From Acidimicrobiia bacterium (GTDB lineage: Bacteria; Actinomycetota; Acidimicrobiia; Spongiisociales; ZC4RG35): DNA of 64,000 nucleotides. The notes under the pieces are model-generated. The model saw only the letters and a program-made list of their open reading frames with translations, was not told the DNA's origin and made no database searches. A program made the translations under genes and the position numbers. Numbering within the stretch: the first letter of the stretch is position 1; each line of letters starts with the position of its first letter. The stretch is from assembly GCA_028285585.1 (NCBI GenBank), contig JANQOU010000006.1, forward strand, positions 593,881 to 657,880, written 5' to 3'. Positions 29,499 to 38,949 of this stretch are shown here, in pieces.

Positions 29499-31646
29499 TC
29501 AGCCGGCCAACGCGGAGGGGATCGCACCCTTGAAGAGATCGGCCGCCTCGGCCACGTTCAACTCGGCACCGTTCACCCGGATGGTGTTACCACCAATGGT
29601 GCCGATCTTCCGGGCGCTCGCGGACTCACCGATCACCCCTGGGTCGGTCACGGCCAGGAAGCGATGGGGGTCCTCGGAGAAAGGCTCGTCGGTGGTGACA
29701 TCGGCACCGACACCGGAAGCGATGCAGATTTCGGCCAGGGTCACGGCCAACCCGCCGTCTGAGATGTCGTGAAGCACCGCCGCCTGTCCTGCGAGGCCCA
29801 GTGCTGTCTCGACGGAGGAGAGGCCCGCCGCGATATCAGGAGGAGTAGGGCGTCCGGTGAGCCGGTTCTCGACCATCTTCTGAAGCGCGGACCCGGCGAG
29901 GTTGCTCGTGGCAGGCGGTCCCAACTCCCAAACCTCCATTCCTGCTCGGGCTGAGCCGAGCCTGGGGATGATGGCTGGGACCGGGTCGGCGAGACCGAGC
30001 AGGCCCACCACCGGGGTGGGATGGATGTCGACACCGTCGGTCTCGTTGTAGAAGGAGACGTTGCCGCCGACGACCGGGATTCCGAGGGCCTCGCAAGCCT
30101 CCGAGATTCCCTCGACCGTCTCGGTGAACTGCCACATCACCTCTGGTTTCTCGGGGTTGCCGAAGTTGAGGTTGTCGACCAGAGCCATCGGTCTCGCACC
30201 TGTCACGGCGACGTTGAGTGCCGCCTCCCACACCAGCCGCGCCGCGCCCCCTCTGGGGTCGAGGTAGCAGAGCCTGCCGTTGCCATCGGTGGACACTGAT
30301 AGTGCTTTCTCGGTGCCTTTGATTCGAAGCAGGCTGCCGTCGCTGCCCGGGCCGACGACGGTGTTGAGGAAGAGCATGTGGTCGTACTGCTCGTGAATCC
30401 AGGCCGATGAGCCGATGCCAGGCTGCGCCAGGAGACCGGCCAGCGCACCGGCGACGTCGGTCACTTCAACGGCGGGCTCGGTGGCCCAGATCTCTTCGAT
30501 CCACGGGGGCTTCTCTGCCGGCCGGTTGTAGAGAGGAGCGTCGTCGGCCAGGGAAGCGGCCGGGATCTCGGCCACGAGCTCGTCCTGATAGCGGACGGTC
30601 AGGGTGGAGCCGTCTTTGACTTCGCCGATCACGGCGGAGTCGATCTCCCATTTGGATGCGATGGCCAGGACCTCGTCGACCTTGTCGACGGTGACGAAGG
30701 CCATCATTCGCTCCTGCGACTCGGACATCAGCAGCTCCGGTGCCGTCATCCCGCTCTCCCTGGTGTGCACCTGATCGAGGTCGACATCCATGCCGACCCC
30801 GGCGCGGCCGGCCGGCTCCGATGTCGCGCAACTCAGCCCGGCGGCACCGAGATCCTGAACCCCGACGACCAAGCCTTTCTCGTAGAGCTCGAGACACGCC
30901 TCGATGAGCTTCTTCTCTTCGAACGGATCGCCCACCTGCACCGAAGGCCTCTTGTCCTGGGACTCGTCGTCGAACGAGGCCGATGCGAGGACAGAAGCCC
31001 CGCCGATGCCGTCACGACCCGTCGCCTTGCCGAGCAGGACCGCAATCGTCCCCGGCTCTCCGGCCGTGCCCAGCACCAGCTGCTCTCGCCGCAAGAGCCC
31101 GAGGCACATCACGTTGACCAGCGGGTTTCCGGTGTAACAGTCGTCGAACTCGACCTCACCGCCCACAGTCGGCACTCCCACGGCGTTGCCGTAGCCGGCG
31201 ATCCCGGACACCACGCCTTTGAAGAGGTAGCGGTTCTTCGGCTCGCTCAACGGCCCGAATCGGATCTGGTCCCACAGGGCGATCGGCCGAGCTCCCATCG
31301 TGAAGACGTCGCGGAGGATCCCGCCGACACCGGTGGCAGCGCCTTCATAGGGCTCGACGAATGAGGGGTGGTTGTGGCTCTCGATTCGCAGAGCGGCCAG
31401 CCAGCCATCGCCTATGTCGACAACTCCTGCGTTCTCACCTGGGCCGACCACCACCCACGGGGCGTCAGTCGGGAAGCGTCCCAGGTGAGCCCGGGAGGAT
31501 TTGTAGGAGCAATGCTCGGACCACATCACCGAGTACATGGCAAGCTCGGCCGCTCGGGGCTCTCGTCCCAAGATGCCAACGACCGACTCGAATTCCTCGT
31601 CGGTCATCCCGAGCTGGCGATGCAACGGCTCCTGCACCGTGGTCAC
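29499..31646 (-). CDS. purL: FGAM synthase subunit PurL
   Basis: [38 protein letters not shown]. Confidence 0.96.
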   Translation of the reverse strand: MTTVQEPLHRQLGMTDEEFESVVGILGREPRAAELAMYSVMWSEHCSYKSSRAHLGRFPTDAPWVVVGPGENAGVVDIGDGWLAALRIESHNHPSFVEPYEGAATGVGGILRDVFTMGARPIALWDQIRFGPLSEPKNRYLFKGVVSGIAGYGNAVGVPTVGGEVEFDDCYTGNPLVNVMCLGLLRREQLVLGTAGEPGTIAVLLGKATGRDGIGGASVLASASFDDESQDKRPSVQVGDPFEEKKLIEACLELYEKGLVVGVQDLGAAGLSCATSEPAGRAGVGMDVDLDQVHTRESGMTAPELLMSESQERMMAFVTVDKVDEVLAIASKWEIDSAVIGEVKDGSTLTVRYQDELVAEIPAASLADDAPLYNRPAEKPPWIEEIWATEPAVEVTDVAGALAGLLAQPGIGSSAWIHEQYDHMLFLNTVVGPGSDGSLLRIKGTEKALSVSTDGNGRLCYLDPRGGAARLVWEAALNVAVTGARPMALVDNLNFGNPEKPEVMWQFTETVEGISEACEALGIPVVGGNVSFYNETDGVDIHPTPVVGLLGLADPVPAIIPRLGSARAGMEVWELGPPATSNLAGSALQKMVENRLTGRPTPPDIAAGLSSVETALGLAGQAAVLHDISDGGLAVTLAEICIASGVGADVTTDEPFSEDPHRFLAVTDPGVIGESASARKIGTIGGNTIRVNGAELNVAEAADLFKGAIPSALAG

Positions 31647-32287
31647 GCCGGCACCAGCGATCCGAGGAAGCTTTCGAGCAGCACGTTGCCGTCGGTTGAT
31701 CCGAGCAGGTCATCGATGGCCCGTTCCGGATGCGGCATGATCCCGGCGACGTTGCCGGCCTCGTTGCTGATGGCCGCTGCCCGGTCCTGCGATCCATTGG
31801 GGTCGTCGACGTATCGCAGAGCGACCCTGCCGGTCCCTGTGGGGTCCACCCAGTTGCCCTCGTAGGAGTTGAGCGGGATTCGCAGCCTCTGGCCGACCTC
31901 GGCCGACCTAGTCAGGATGGTGTCAGTCGTTGCCACTTCCGTGTCGACGAACCTGCAAATGAAGGAGAGATCCCGGTTGGCGATGTGAGCACCGGGAAGC
32001 AACCCTGCCTCACAGAGCATCTGCCATCCGTTGCAGATGCCGAGCACGGGGCTTCCTTCGCCGGCGAGCCGCTCTACCTCGCTCATCGCCGGGGAGAATC
32101 TGGCGATGGCGCCGGTGCGCAAGGCGTCTCCGTGGGCAAACCCACCGGGCAGAACCACTCCGTCCAGTCCTGAGAGATCGGTGTCGCGATGCCAGACCAG
32201 CTCCGCCTCACCGCCCAGCGCCTCTATGGCGTGCACGACGTCGTGCTCACAGTTGACGCCGGGGAAGACGATGACACCTGCTCTCAT
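31643..32287 (-). CDS. purQ: FGAM synthase glutaminase subunit
   Basis: FPGVNC, LPGGF, GICNG, MPHPER; ATG overlaps the purS stop. Confidence 0.93.
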   Translation of the reverse strand: MRAGVIVFPGVNCEHDVVHAIEALGGEAELVWHRDTDLSGLDGVVLPGGFAHGDALRTGAIARFSPAMSEVERLAGEGSPVLGICNGWQMLCEAGLLPGAHIANRDLSFICRFVDTEVATTDTILTRSAEVGQRLRIPLNSYEGNWVDPTGTGRVALRYVDDPNGSQDRAAAISNEAGNVAGIMPHPERAIDDLLGSTDGNVLLESFLGSLVPA

Positions 32288-32526
32288 GCGTCTACGTGAA
32301 CCTCGAAGTCCTCGAGCACTGGGTTGGCCAGGAGTTGCTTGCACATCTCCTCGACTCTTGCTTTGACCTCGACCGGGTCGTCCGAGTCGATCTCGAGATG
32401 AATGACACGGTCCATGCGCACCGAGACGGTGTCAGTGAAGCCCAGCTCGTGCAGGGCTTTCTTGACGGTCGTCCCCTCGGGGTCGGCGATCTCCGGCCGC
32501 CGGTCGATGGTCACCGTCACTTTCAT
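32284..32526 (-). CDS. purS: FGAM synthase subunit PurS
   Basis: DPEG, LLANPVLE. Confidence 0.93.
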   Translation of the reverse strand: MKVTVTIDRRPEIADPEGTTVKKALHELGFTDTVSVRMDRVIHLEIDSDDPVEVKARVEEMCKQLLANPVLEDFEVHVDA

Positions 32527-33410
32527 GAGCGGGCTCCAGCCAAGGAGTCTTTGAAGCTCCCTCCGGTGATTCGCTCATAAGCCTCGATGTAGCGGCTTCG
32601 CGTCCCTGCCACGATCTCGTCGGGGAGGTCAGGTGGGGGCGGCTCCTTGTCCCAAGGCTGTTGCTCCAGCCACTCGCGGACATATTGCTTGTCGTACGAA
32701 GGCACCTCCTGGCCGGGTGCCCACTGATCTGCCGGCCAGTAGCGGGAGGAGTCCGGTGTGAGCACCTCGTCGATCAGCAGGATCTCGTCATCGGACCATC
32801 CGAACTCGAACTTGGTGTCGGCGAGGATCACTCCCCGGTCTGCTGCGTATTCGGCAGCTTGGTTGTAGATCGCCATCGATCGTTGCCTCAACTCCTCGTA
32901 TACGTCGTCGCCCAGGATCTCCCGGGTCTCTGTCTCGGTGATGTTCTCGTCATGACCCGTCTCTGCTTTGGTCGCCGGGGTGAAGATCGGCTCATCGAGC
33001 TTGTCGGCGAGTTGGAGGCCCTCGGGCAGATGCTCGGTGGTCGGCCCACCGCCGTCCCGATACTCGCGCCAGGAGGAGCCGTATAGGTATCCCCGTATCA
33101 CACACTCGACCGGTATCACGTCTGCTTTCTTGACAACCATGGCCCGCCCGGCGAGGTCTTCGGCGTCCTCCTCGTCGAGACCGTCGACCTGAGTCAGGTC
33201 GGTGCTCACCAGGTGATTTGGCACATCATCCATCAGGTCGAAGAAGTGCAGGCTCAACCCGGTGAGGACCCGGCCCTTGTCGGGAATCGTCTGAGTCATG
33301 ATGACGTCGTAGGCGGAGATGCGGTCGGTCGCTACGAAGAGGAGGTGATGGTCGTCCACTTCGTAGATCTCCCTGACTTTTCCGGAGGCGATGTGCGGGA
33401 GATCGGGCAC
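32523..33410 (-). CDS. purC: SAICAR synthetase
   Basis: SGKVREIY, TDRISAYD, ADTKFEFG, DEVLTPDSSR. Confidence 0.95.
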   Translation of the reverse strand: MPDLPHIASGKVREIYEVDDHHLLFVATDRISAYDVIMTQTIPDKGRVLTGLSLHFFDLMDDVPNHLVSTDLTQVDGLDEEDAEDLAGRAMVVKKADVIPVECVIRGYLYGSSWREYRDGGGPTTEHLPEGLQLADKLDEPIFTPATKAETGHDENITETETREILGDDVYEELRQRSMAIYNQAAEYAADRGVILADTKFEFGWSDDEILLIDEVLTPDSSRYWPADQWAPGQEVPSYDKQYVREWLEQQPWDKEPPPPDLPDEIVAGTRSRYIEAYERITGGSFKDSLAGARS

Positions 33411-33467
33411 GTCGCGCAGAGTAGTGCTGCCGGAGTTCGGTGCGAGCACACGTTTAGATTTCGGCAG

Positions 33468-33869
33468 ATGGTGTTCGAAGAGGGTCGTGTCAGGGCACTT
33501 CTGACCGCCGATCGGTACTCGTCGGCGTTGGGGATCGAGGTCGACGAGGTGAGCGACGACCGTCTGGTCGTCTCGCTCGAACTGGAGAACAGGCACACCA
33601 ACTTCTACGACACGGGCCACGGGGGCTTGGTCTTCTTGCTGGCCGACTGTGCTCTCGCGCTGGCTTCGAACTCGGACTACGAGAAGGCGGTGGCCGTGGA
33701 TGCGCACATCGCTTTCACCGCACCGGCGAGAGTGGGAGACCGGCTCCGAGCCTCGGTGTCCAGGGTCTCGGCCAGCAGCAAGTTGGCGACCTATCTCGTC
33801 GAAGTGACCCGCGACGATGGCGTCGTCTGCTCCAGCTTCACCGGCACCGTCTACATCGCCACGGCCTAG
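33468..33869 (+). CDS. PaaI/PaaD-like hotdog thioesterase
   Basis: NFYDTGHGGLVFLLAD. Confidence 0.85.
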   Translation: MVFEEGRVRALLTADRYSSALGIEVDEVSDDRLVVSLELENRHTNFYDTGHGGLVFLLADCALALASNSDYEKAVAVDAHIAFTAPARVGDRLRASVSRVSASSKLATYLVEVTRDDGVVCSSFTGTVYIATA

Positions 33870-33898
33870 ACACCTTCACCTTTTAAATTGACAGGGCT

Positions 33899-35005
33899 TT
33901 GGCCTTGATCAAGTACGTCGTGTTTCACCCCTGGAAAGCGACGACAACGGTGGTTTTGGGGGTGATCCTGGGGTTGTTCTCCTTCTACGCCTATCAGGTG
34001 AACACGGCGCTCGGTGTTGTCGCCACCGAGTCATTCAACCCGGTGGAGGCCAGACAGGCGATACTTGCTGCACCCGCGGTTGAAGTCACCCCAACCACGA
34101 TTCAGCTCGACTACGACGAGCCGGCTTTCGATGTCAACGAGGATCCGCTGGCGCTCATCGACGAGTCTTATGGAGCCGAGGTCAACCCGGCGGAGATCTT
34201 CCCGACGGCGATCAGTGAGCCGATCCCCGACGATATTTTTGACGCCTACTTGCTGCTCGGCACCGATGCTTCCGGGTTCCTGGCCGATTCGATCATCCTC
34301 GGGCTACAGCCAAGGGCAGGCGGTTCGCCGATCATGGTCAGCCTTCCCCGCGACCTCTGGGTGTGGAACATGTGCCGGCAGGCTTTCAGCCGTCTCAACG
34401 AGGGCCTCGGCGGGTGCAAAGGGGTGGCTTCAGGCCCCGAGCTGATGGCGATCATGGTCGAGGACTACACCGGGATCCCCATCGATCACCTGGCCCGAAT
34501 CAACTTCCAAGGCTTTGCCGGCCTGGTCGATGTGATGGGTGGGATCTCGGTCTGTGTCGACTACCCAACCCGTGATGAGCGATCGCATCTCGACATCCCG
34601 GCCGGCTGCCAGCAGTTGGACGGCGAGCAGGCTCTGGCTTGGGTGAGGTCCCGGTCAACTGAGCAGTTGCAGGGTGAGGAGTGGGTCAGGGTCGCCGGAT
34701 CCGACTTCGTCAGGCAGAAGCGGCAGCAAGACGTCCTGTTCCAGTTGGCCGGCTCGGCGGCACGGGTGTCCTCGCCTGGAGCGCTCACCGACGCTCTGGC
34801 TCACATCGCCAAGACAGTCCGGCTCGATTCCAATTGGACGTTCGGGCAGGCGATCTCGACCGGTTGGAAGTATCGAGGGATCACGAGGTCGGAAGTTCGC
34901 CGGTTCTCGATTCAGACCAGCGGGTACCGCACCGCCCGTGGTGCGGCCGTCCTGCTCTCAGACGCAACTTTCGGCGAGCAGTTGTCGTCGGTCTGGTCCG
35001 GCTGA
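33899..35005 (+). CDS. LCP (LytR-CpsA-Psr) family phosphotransferase
   Basis: N-terminal TM, LLLGTD, SLPRDL, ALAWVRSR, RQKRQQ. Confidence 0.88.
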   Translation: MALIKYVVFHPWKATTTVVLGVILGLFSFYAYQVNTALGVVATESFNPVEARQAILAAPAVEVTPTTIQLDYDEPAFDVNEDPLALIDESYGAEVNPAEIFPTAISEPIPDDIFDAYLLLGTDASGFLADSIILGLQPRAGGSPIMVSLPRDLWVWNMCRQAFSRLNEGLGGCKGVASGPELMAIMVEDYTGIPIDHLARINFQGFAGLVDVMGGISVCVDYPTRDERSHLDIPAGCQQLDGEQALAWVRSRSTEQLQGEEWVRVAGSDFVRQKRQQDVLFQLAGSAARVSSPGALTDALAHIAKTVRLDSNWTFGQAISTGWKYRGITRSEVRRFSIQTSGYRTARGAAVLLSDATFGEQLSSVWSG

Positions 35006-35020
35006 CCCCGTCCCCCCTTG

Positions 35021-35065
35021 TGCGTGTGCAGAAAGGAGTACTCCGTACTCCTTTCTGCACACGCA
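35021..35065. repeat. Perfect 21-bp inverted repeat between convergent LCP and purB genes
   Basis: TGCGTGTGCAGAAAGGAGTAC-TCC-GTACTCCTTTCTGCACACGCA. Confidence 0.8.
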
Positions 35066-35094
35066 GGGGAGCGCACACAACAACGAGAAGAGGG

Positions 35095-36390
35095 TTAGCC
35101 CAGTTGGCTCAAGCGCTCGAAGACGGGAGCACTGGTGTCGAGGATGCGGCTGAGGTCGAAGCAGGCGTCCAACTCTTCACTTGACAGCTGCACGTTCTCG
35201 TCATCAGCCAGGAGCTGTCGCAGCGCGCCTTCGCCGTTCCACGCTGCCATCGCGTTGCGCTGAACGATGCGATATGCCTCGTCACGGCTCAGGCCACTCT
35301 CGACGAGGGCAAGCAAGACCGCTTGGCTGAAGATGAGCCCGTTGGTCGACTCGATGTTGGCCGCCATCCGATCCTCATCGACCACCAGCCCGTCGACCAG
35401 GCCGGTGAACTTCACCAGCATGTAGTGCAGCACTGTGGAAGCGTCGGCGAGCACGACCCGCTCTGCCGAGGAGTGAGATATGTCTCGTTCATGCCAGAGG
35501 GCGACGTTCTCCAGCCCCACCTGGGCATATCCGCGTAGCAGCCGTGCCATCCCCGTCATCCGCTCCGAGAGGATGGGGTTGCGTTTATGCGGCATCGCCG
35601 AAGATCCCTTCTGACCCTTGCCGAACGACTCCCGCGCTTCGCCAACTTCGGATCTCTGAAGATGACGCACTTCGGTGGCCATGCGCTCGATCGACGCGCC
35701 TACCAGGGCAACAGTCGACAGGTACTGGGCATGGCGATCCCGCGCAGTTACCTGGGTCGACGCCGGTTCCACCGCCAGCCCGAGGCTGGCGCAGACCGAA
35801 GCCTCGATGTCGGTAGAGACATGGGCGTAGGTGCCGACGGCGCCCGAGATCTTGCCCACGGTCACGGCAGTTCGAGCGTCTTCCAGCCGGTGGCGGTCGC
35901 GGTCCAGCTCGAAGGCCCAGCCAGCCAGCTTCAGCCCGAAAGTGGTCGGCTCCGCCCAGATGCCGTGGGTACGGCCGATCATGTAGGTGGAGCGGTGTTC
36001 GACTGCCTTGGCCTTCACCACATCGAAGAGAGCGGCCAGGGCGTCCAACAGGAGGTCGGCTGAATCTCTGAGCAACAGGCCTCCGGCGGTGTCGACGACA
36101 TCGGACGAGGTCAGCCCGTAGTGGATCCACCCGGACGCCGGTGACCCGGTATTGGTGCCGAGCACGTCGACGAACGCAGCCAGGTCGTGGTTGGTGACTG
36201 CCTCGCGTTCTGCGACTTCGTCAGGCGTCGGACAGGCTGCCGAGCGGGTCTGCTCGGCCACTCCCTCAGGAGCTGTGCCCTGGCTCTCGAAAGCCTCTAA
36301 GGCTGCGACCTCAACCGCCTTCCACGACTCGAACTTGTGGGAGTCCGACCAGATGGAGCCCATCTCGGGAAGGGTGTAACGCTCGATCAC
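35095..36390 (-). CDS. purB: Adenylosuccinate lyase
   Basis: IERY, HYGLTSSD, GRTHG, GSSAMPHKRNP, WHERDISHSS. Confidence 0.96.
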   Translation of the reverse strand: MIERYTLPEMGSIWSDSHKFESWKAVEVAALEAFESQGTAPEGVAEQTRSAACPTPDEVAEREAVTNHDLAAFVDVLGTNTGSPASGWIHYGLTSSDVVDTAGGLLLRDSADLLLDALAALFDVVKAKAVEHRSTYMIGRTHGIWAEPTTFGLKLAGWAFELDRDRHRLEDARTAVTVGKISGAVGTYAHVSTDIEASVCASLGLAVEPASTQVTARDRHAQYLSTVALVGASIERMATEVRHLQRSEVGEARESFGKGQKGSSAMPHKRNPILSERMTGMARLLRGYAQVGLENVALWHERDISHSSAERVVLADASTVLHYMLVKFTGLVDGLVVDEDRMAANIESTNGLIFSQAVLLALVESGLSRDEAYRIVQRNAMAAWNGEGALRQLLADDENVQLSSEELDACFDLSRILDTSAPVFERLSQLG

Positions 36391-36428
36391 GGCCCCGATG
36401 ATGCCACGACAGGTACCGTGCCCGGTCG

Positions 36429-37604
36429 ATGCGCCGCCTCAGCCAAGAGCAAGCCCGCCGGTACGCGCTGGCTGCGCAGGGGTTCAACGATCCCCGACCG
36501 GCCGGCCGCAAGGACGTGCGCCATTTCCGCAAGGTCGTCGACCGAGTGCGGCTGATCCAGATCGACTCGGTCAACTACTTCAGCAGGGCCCACTTCATGC
36601 CCTTCTTCTCACGTCTCGGCCCCTACGACCGGGATGCTCTGGACAACTGGCTTTGGCGGTCGGGGGAGATGTACGAGTACTGGGCCCACGAGGCGTCCTT
36701 GATACCCGTGGAAGACCATCGTCTTCATCGCTGGCAGGCGCAGCGCGGCGACAGATGGAAGTCGATGCAGGAGTTCAAGAAGAAGGAGCCTGGCTATCTC
36801 GAAGACGTTTACCGGCAGGTGGAGGCTCGGGGACCGATCCAGACCAGTGAGCTGGAGGACGCCGGTGCCCGGCCTGGCACCTCGATGTGGAATTGGAACA
36901 CGGGAAAGCTGGCTCTCGAGATCCTGTTCCTGGAGGGGAAGGTGACCGCTGCCGACCGGCCCAACTTCACCCGCATGTACGACCTTCCCGAGCGGGTGAT
37001 AGCGAGCCGGCATCTGGATGCGCCGGATCTTCCCGTCGCCGAAGCCCAGACGGCTTTGTTGGACCAGGCGGCGCTGGCGATGGGAGTTGCCACCGCCGAG
37101 GACCTCGCCGACTACTACCGGATCAGGATGCCGGAGGCGCGGCCGTTGATCGCGGCGATGGTCGAGCGTGGCGAGCTGGCCGAAGTCGAAGTGGAGGGCT
37201 GGCCAAAGAGCGCTTACCTGCATCCGGAGGCGAAGTTGCCCCGGAGCCGGCGCGGCACTGCCCTGCTCTCACCCTTCGACAACCTGGTCTGGTTCCGTGA
37301 CCGGATGGAGCGGCTCTGGGACTTCCACTACCGGATCGAGATCTATGTTCCCGAGCCGAAACGCATCTTCGGCTACTACGTGCTGCCGTTCCTCCTAGAC
37401 GGTGACCTCGTGGGCCGGGTCGACCTCAAGACCGATCGCCACGAGTCAGTGCTCAGGGTGAAGGGCGCCTTTGCCGAGCCCGGAGTGGACAAGAAAGCAG
37501 TTGGCCGTGCCTTGCGCGAGGAGATCGAGACGATCGCCACTTGGCTGGGGATGGAGGATGTCGAGATCGTCAACAACGGCGATCTCGCGTCGAGTCTCAG
37601 CTGA
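36429..37604 (+). CDS. YcaQ/AlkZ-family (HTH_42) DNA glycosylase
   Basis: QIDSVN (QxD), EYWAHEAS, LLSPFD, YRIEIYVP, GYYVLP. Confidence 0.87.
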   Translation: MRRLSQEQARRYALAAQGFNDPRPAGRKDVRHFRKVVDRVRLIQIDSVNYFSRAHFMPFFSRLGPYDRDALDNWLWRSGEMYEYWAHEASLIPVEDHRLHRWQAQRGDRWKSMQEFKKKEPGYLEDVYRQVEARGPIQTSELEDAGARPGTSMWNWNTGKLALEILFLEGKVTAADRPNFTRMYDLPERVIASRHLDAPDLPVAEAQTALLDQAALAMGVATAEDLADYYRIRMPEARPLIAAMVERGELAEVEVEGWPKSAYLHPEAKLPRSRRGTALLSPFDNLVWFRDRMERLWDFHYRIEIYVPEPKRIFGYYVLPFLLDGDLVGRVDLKTDRHESVLRVKGAFAEPGVDKKAVGRALREEIETIATWLGMEDVEIVNNGDLASSLS

Positions 37605-38781
37605 AGGCGTTCAGTCCCGTGATGGACTGGCCCATCATCAGTGTGTGGATCTCGTTGGTGCCCTCGTAGGTGAACACCGTTTCGAGGTTCGACATGTGCC
37701 GGAACACCGGGTACTCGAGGGTGATGCCGTTGGCCCCTAGGACCGAGCGGGCTGTTCTTGCCACGTCAAGGGCGTTGCGCACGTTGTCGAACTTGCCGAA
37801 CGAGATCTGCTCGGGAGTGAGCCTGCCTTCGTCGCGCATCCTGCCCAGATGGAGGGCGAGGATCGTCCCGCGCTGGACCGTGACCATCATCTCCACCAGC
37901 TTGCGCTGGGTGAGCTGGAACGAGGCGATCGGCTGATCGAACTGGACCCGTTCCTTGGCGTAGGCAAGAGCGGTTTCGTAGCACGACCTGGCGGCCCCCA
38001 TGGCGCCGAAGGCGATGCCGAATCTCGCCTCGTTGAGACAGGACAACGGCCCGCGCATCGAAGCCACTCCCGGAAGCACGAAATCGTCGGGCAGCCGCAC
38101 GTTGTCGAAGGTCAGCTCCGAGGTGATCGAGGCGCGTAGCGAGGCCTTCTTCTTGATCTCGGGTGCCTCGAAACCAGGGCTGTCGGAAGGCACGATGAAA
38201 CCCCGGATTCCCTCGTCGGTCCTGGCCCACACCACGGCGATGTCGGCTACGGAGCCGTTGGTGATCCACATCTTGGAGCCGTTGAGGATCCAGTCGCTTC
38301 CGTCCCGCTTGGCGTTGGTCCTCATCGAAGCCGGATCGGATCCCGAGTCCGCCTCGGTGAGCCCGAAGCAGCCGATGACCTCGCCCTTTGCCATGCGGGG
38401 CAGCCACGTCTCCTTCTGCTCCTCCGAGCCGAACTTCCAAATCGGGAACATGGCCAGCGAGCCTTGAACCGAGACGAGAGATCTGATCCCGGAGTCACCG
38501 GCCTCCAACTCGATGGACGCCAGGCCGTAGGCGGTCGCAGATGTGCCCGCACAGCCGTACCCCTCGAGGTGCATGCCGAGCATGCCCAGCTCGCCGAAGT
38601 CTCTCGCAAGCTGTTGGTGAGGGATCGTGCCCTCGTCCCACCAGTCGCCGACGTGTGGGTTGATCTCGTTCTCGACGTAGGACCGCACGGTGTCGCGCAA
38701 CAGCACCTCCTCCTCTGAGAGGAGGGCGTCGATGTCGAGGAAGTCGTGGGGATCGGGTGTGGCGAAGGAAACGTCACTCAT
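37597..38781 (-). CDS. Acyl-CoA dehydrogenase (glutaryl-CoA dehydrogenase-like)
   Basis: SVQGSL, GCFGLTE, KMWITNG, TYEGT. Confidence 0.9.
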   Translation of the reverse strand: MSDVSFATPDPHDFLDIDALLSEEEVLLRDTVRSYVENEINPHVGDWWDEGTIPHQQLARDFGELGMLGMHLEGYGCAGTSATAYGLASIELEAGDSGIRSLVSVQGSLAMFPIWKFGSEEQKETWLPRMAKGEVIGCFGLTEADSGSDPASMRTNAKRDGSDWILNGSKMWITNGSVADIAVVWARTDEGIRGFIVPSDSPGFEAPEIKKKASLRASITSELTFDNVRLPDDFVLPGVASMRGPLSCLNEARFGIAFGAMGAARSCYETALAYAKERVQFDQPIASFQLTQRKLVEMMVTVQRGTILALHLGRMRDEGRLTPEQISFGKFDNVRNALDVARTARSVLGANGITLEYPVFRHMSNLETVFTYEGTNEIHTLMMGQSITGLNAFS

Positions 38782-38878
38782 GTCACCCCGATGCTATCGG
38801 CCTGGCGAGCTTTGTCCCCGTCGGTGCCGTCTGGCCGAAGCCCTCTGATCGACAGTCACCTCTCCCGGCGTGTGGGTC

Positions 38879-38914
38879 GCAGATGTTGCGAACTAAGCAG
38901 ATGTTGCGAACTAA
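38879..38914. repeat. Exact 18-bp tandem duplication
   Basis: GCAGATGTTGCGAACTAA twice. Confidence 0.85.
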
Positions 38915-38949
38915 ATGGCCTTCCCAGACGTCCTATCTAGGGAGTGGAC

